In this document: one piece after another, positions 25,816 through 27,628 of the stretch
How positions within the stretch are numbered: position 1 is the first letter of the stretch
Layout of the letters: each line of letters starts with the position of its first letter
Virus record (IMG/VR): IMGVR_UViG_3300022670_000050
Location: 1 to 27,628 of that record
Length of the DNA stretch: 27,628 nucleotides
DNA from: a virus
Lineage: Duplodnaviria; Caudoviricetes
Direction: 5' to 3' (one strand)
Position numbers and translations under genes: made by a program
The notes under the pieces: model-generated
Databases searched by the model: none
The model's input: the letters and a program-made list of their open reading frames with translations, nothing else
What the model was told of the DNA's origin: nothing

Positions 25816-25912
25816 CAAAACTATGTTTGATAATATTGTTTATAGATGACTAGCTAATATACCAAGCAACCGTGTCATAAAGATACTTATAACTAAATTT
25901 TAAGGAAATATT

Positions 25913-26098
25913 ATGGAACTAAAAGTTAAAGTTCATACAGGAAAGAAAATGGTAGTTAAAAAGCTTCTTGATTTCCTTGAAGTAGATTACAAAGAGTATT
26001 GGGATTTGGATATTGATAAATACATTGTCGATATTGAAGTTGATAGTAAAGATATAGGTGCGCTGTCATCACTAATTAAAGAAGTTAACTACGTTTAA
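25913..26098 (+). CDS. Hypothetical protein (61 aa)
   Basis: TAAGGA SD. Confidence 0.65.
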   Translation: MELKVKVHTGKKMVVKKLLDFLEVDYKEYWDLDIDKYIVDIEVDSKDIGALSSLIKEVNYV

Positions 26099-26391
26099 TT
26101 AACTACATACAAACAACAGGAATAAAAATGGATTACGAATGGATTAAAACAACAGCAGATGTATACCGTACTATTTACGAAGCACATAAAGACAATTTTG
26201 CAGTATTTGAAAGTTACACTAATAACTGTGAAGAAACCCACGAATTAAAAGCACAGATAACAGCATGGGGCTTTAATGATGCAAAGCACCCAATAATCAA
26301 AAGCGAGCTTCGTAACTATGACGAATGGGCTTACTGGTTATTGCTGACAGCAAGTCACGACGATTAACTACATACAAACAACAACAGGAAT
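26098..26391 (+). repeat. Direct repeats flanking one gene
   Basis: ATTAACTACATACAAACAACAGGAAT (26098-26123) and ATTAACTACATACAAACAACAACAGGAAT (26363-26391). Confidence 0.85.
26128..26367 (+). CDS. Hypothetical protein (79 aa)
   Basis: AGGA SD supplied by the repeat. Confidence 0.7.
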   Translation: MDYEWIKTTADVYRTIYEAHKDNFAVFESYTNNCEETHELKAQITAWGFNDAKHPIIKSELRNYDEWAYWLLLTASHDD

Positions 26392-26644
26392 GATTATGGA
26401 CGCAATGAATATATCAAAATTAACTGAGTATGCAAATTTAGATGGTTGTGAGATAGGCGAGTATGTAAACACATTATTAGACCTAAGAACTTACAGCGAA
26501 TCTCACGGCATGACAGAAGAGTTTAGCTCACAGTTAGATGATGAGCTTGAACACTGGCTAGCTAGATTTAAAGATGAAACTGTAATAAAGAAAGTTACTG
26601 AGCCTCAGCCAGATATTACATACAGTGAATTAGAATGGCTTTAA
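26390..26644 (+). CDS. Hypothetical acidic protein (start may be 26396)
   Basis: AGGA SD supplied by the repeat. Confidence 0.7.
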   Translation: MIMDAMNISKLTEYANLDGCEIGEYVNTLLDLRTYSESHGMTEEFSSQLDDELEHWLARFKDETVIKKVTEPQPDITYSELEWL

Positions 26645-26678
26645 ACGAACCACTTACTACATAGGGAGTAATGAACAA

Positions 26679-26924
26679 ATGATTTCATACAAAGCAACAA
26701 GCAGAGGGATATTAAAAGACGGTCATACCATGTTTGCTGAGGATATTGCCAGAGAGTTAAATCGCAAAGCTTATCTTGAAAGTAGAATTGAACCGGTAGA
26801 TGGAACAAAAGAAATTAAAGACGAGTTAGTTATTATTCTTGGCGAAAGAAGTAAATCAAACGCATCACTCGATAAATATACAGCTGAATATTTGATAAAC
26901 CTCGGGTACAGAAAAGTTAAATAA
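26679..26924 (+). CDS. Hypothetical protein (81 aa)
   Basis: AGGGAG SD. Confidence 0.65.
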   Translation: MISYKATSRGILKDGHTMFAEDIARELNRKAYLESRIEPVDGTKEIKDELVIILGERSKSNASLDKYTAEYLINLGYRKVK

Positions 26925-26954
26925 CTCACACTATAACCAACTAAAGAAAGAGAG

Positions 26955-27335
26955 ATGAATATGAGCGACATGATTAAATATAAAGAAATACAAAACGTAT
27001 TAATTCAGGAAAACGGAATTATCAGAAACAGCAAAGGAAGAATAATTGCGCGACTTGTATCGGATGTTAATTTTGATTCGGAACATATAAACGATAAAGA
27101 TAACATTGCGGATTGCATGAAGGTGTTATCAAAAGCCATAAATAAAAGCGATAGTTACGCTTATTCTTGGCATGCTAATATTGCCATGTCTTGTGTTGAT
27201 GCAATGGTAGAAACTAAAGAAAAGGTTCCACTTGATTCGCATTCGGATTATCACAGAGCAGGGAACGAGGCAGCTAGTAGATTTATGAAAATATGCTTTG
27301 ATGCCGACACTAGTTTGCACATGTTAGAAGATTAA
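26955..27335 (+). CDS. Hypothetical phage protein (126 aa)
   Basis: Operon context. SYAYSWHANIAM...NEAASRFM segment. Confidence 0.7.
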   Translation: MNMSDMIKYKEIQNVLIQENGIIRNSKGRIIARLVSDVNFDSEHINDKDNIADCMKVLSKAINKSDSYAYSWHANIAMSCVDAMVETKEKVPLDSHSDYHRAGNEAASRFMKICFDADTSLHMLED

Positions 27336-27365
27336 TTTAAGCAGCATAAGAAAAGGTAAAGAGAA

Positions 27366-27566
27366 ATGAGCAAAGTATCATTAAGTGAAAACCTAAAATA
27401 CTGGCGCTGTGAAAGGCCGGACGAATGGAAGATGGACGAGTTTATAAGAATAGCTGCAAAGAATGAGCTTTTATTAAGCCGATGCCGCGAAACAATAAGC
27501 GAAGCTGGTTATGAAGATCATGATCACGGGTTAATGAATGATATTAATGAAGCTATAGCCGATTAA
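27366..27566 (+). CDS. Hypothetical phage protein (66 aa)
   Basis: AAGGT SD. WRCERPDEWKMDEF motif. Confidence 0.65.
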   Translation: MSKVSLSENLKYWRCERPDEWKMDEFIRIAAKNELLLSRCRETISEAGYEDHDHGLMNDINEAIAD

Positions 27567-27598
27567 ATAACCTACATATAAGACAACACCAAGAAAAT

Positions 27599-27620
27599 AG
27601 CGCCTTAGTTGGCGTTTTTT
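27599..27620 (+). terminator. Intrinsic terminator, followed by an extended -10 element at the window edge
   Basis: AGCGCC-TTAGTT-GGCGTT then T run. TGGTATAAT at 27620-27628. Confidence 0.75.
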
Positions 27621-27628
27621 GGTATAAT

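Noticed and set aside
26098-26391. CRISPR or integron attC interpretation of the junction repeats
   Set aside because: Only two full copies, non-palindromic, separated by a whole gene. No cas or integrase and no attC core sites.

Overview
A 27.6 kb piece of an AT-rich, P22-like (short-tailed) phage genome. The likely host is a marine gammaproteobacterium, but this is inference only. The + strand from 1 to 20574 is the morphogenesis region: an unexplained structural-looking module, then terS, terL, portal, an inserted HNH plus small-gene cassette, scaffold, P22-type coat, two tandem paralogous small proteins, gp4- and gp10-like tail proteins, a needle-position adaptor pair, a gp14-like GNAT, three ejection proteins and a tailspike. 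A leftward operon (24307 to 20615) carries an RHH-fused replication-type protein, a helicase-loader-type protein, small ORFs, an XRE regulator and an M15 peptidase endolysin. An isolated rightward holin sits inside that operon. From 24422 to the end is a rightward early region of small ORFs. It contains a ~500 nt ORF-free stretch that folds into a pseudoknotted RNA behind its own promoter, which is the most notable find, and genes bounded by short direct repeats. No integrase, CI-like repressor, tRNA, CRISPR array or reverse transcriptase is visible. All family assignments come from remembered motifs and synteny, not database searches.
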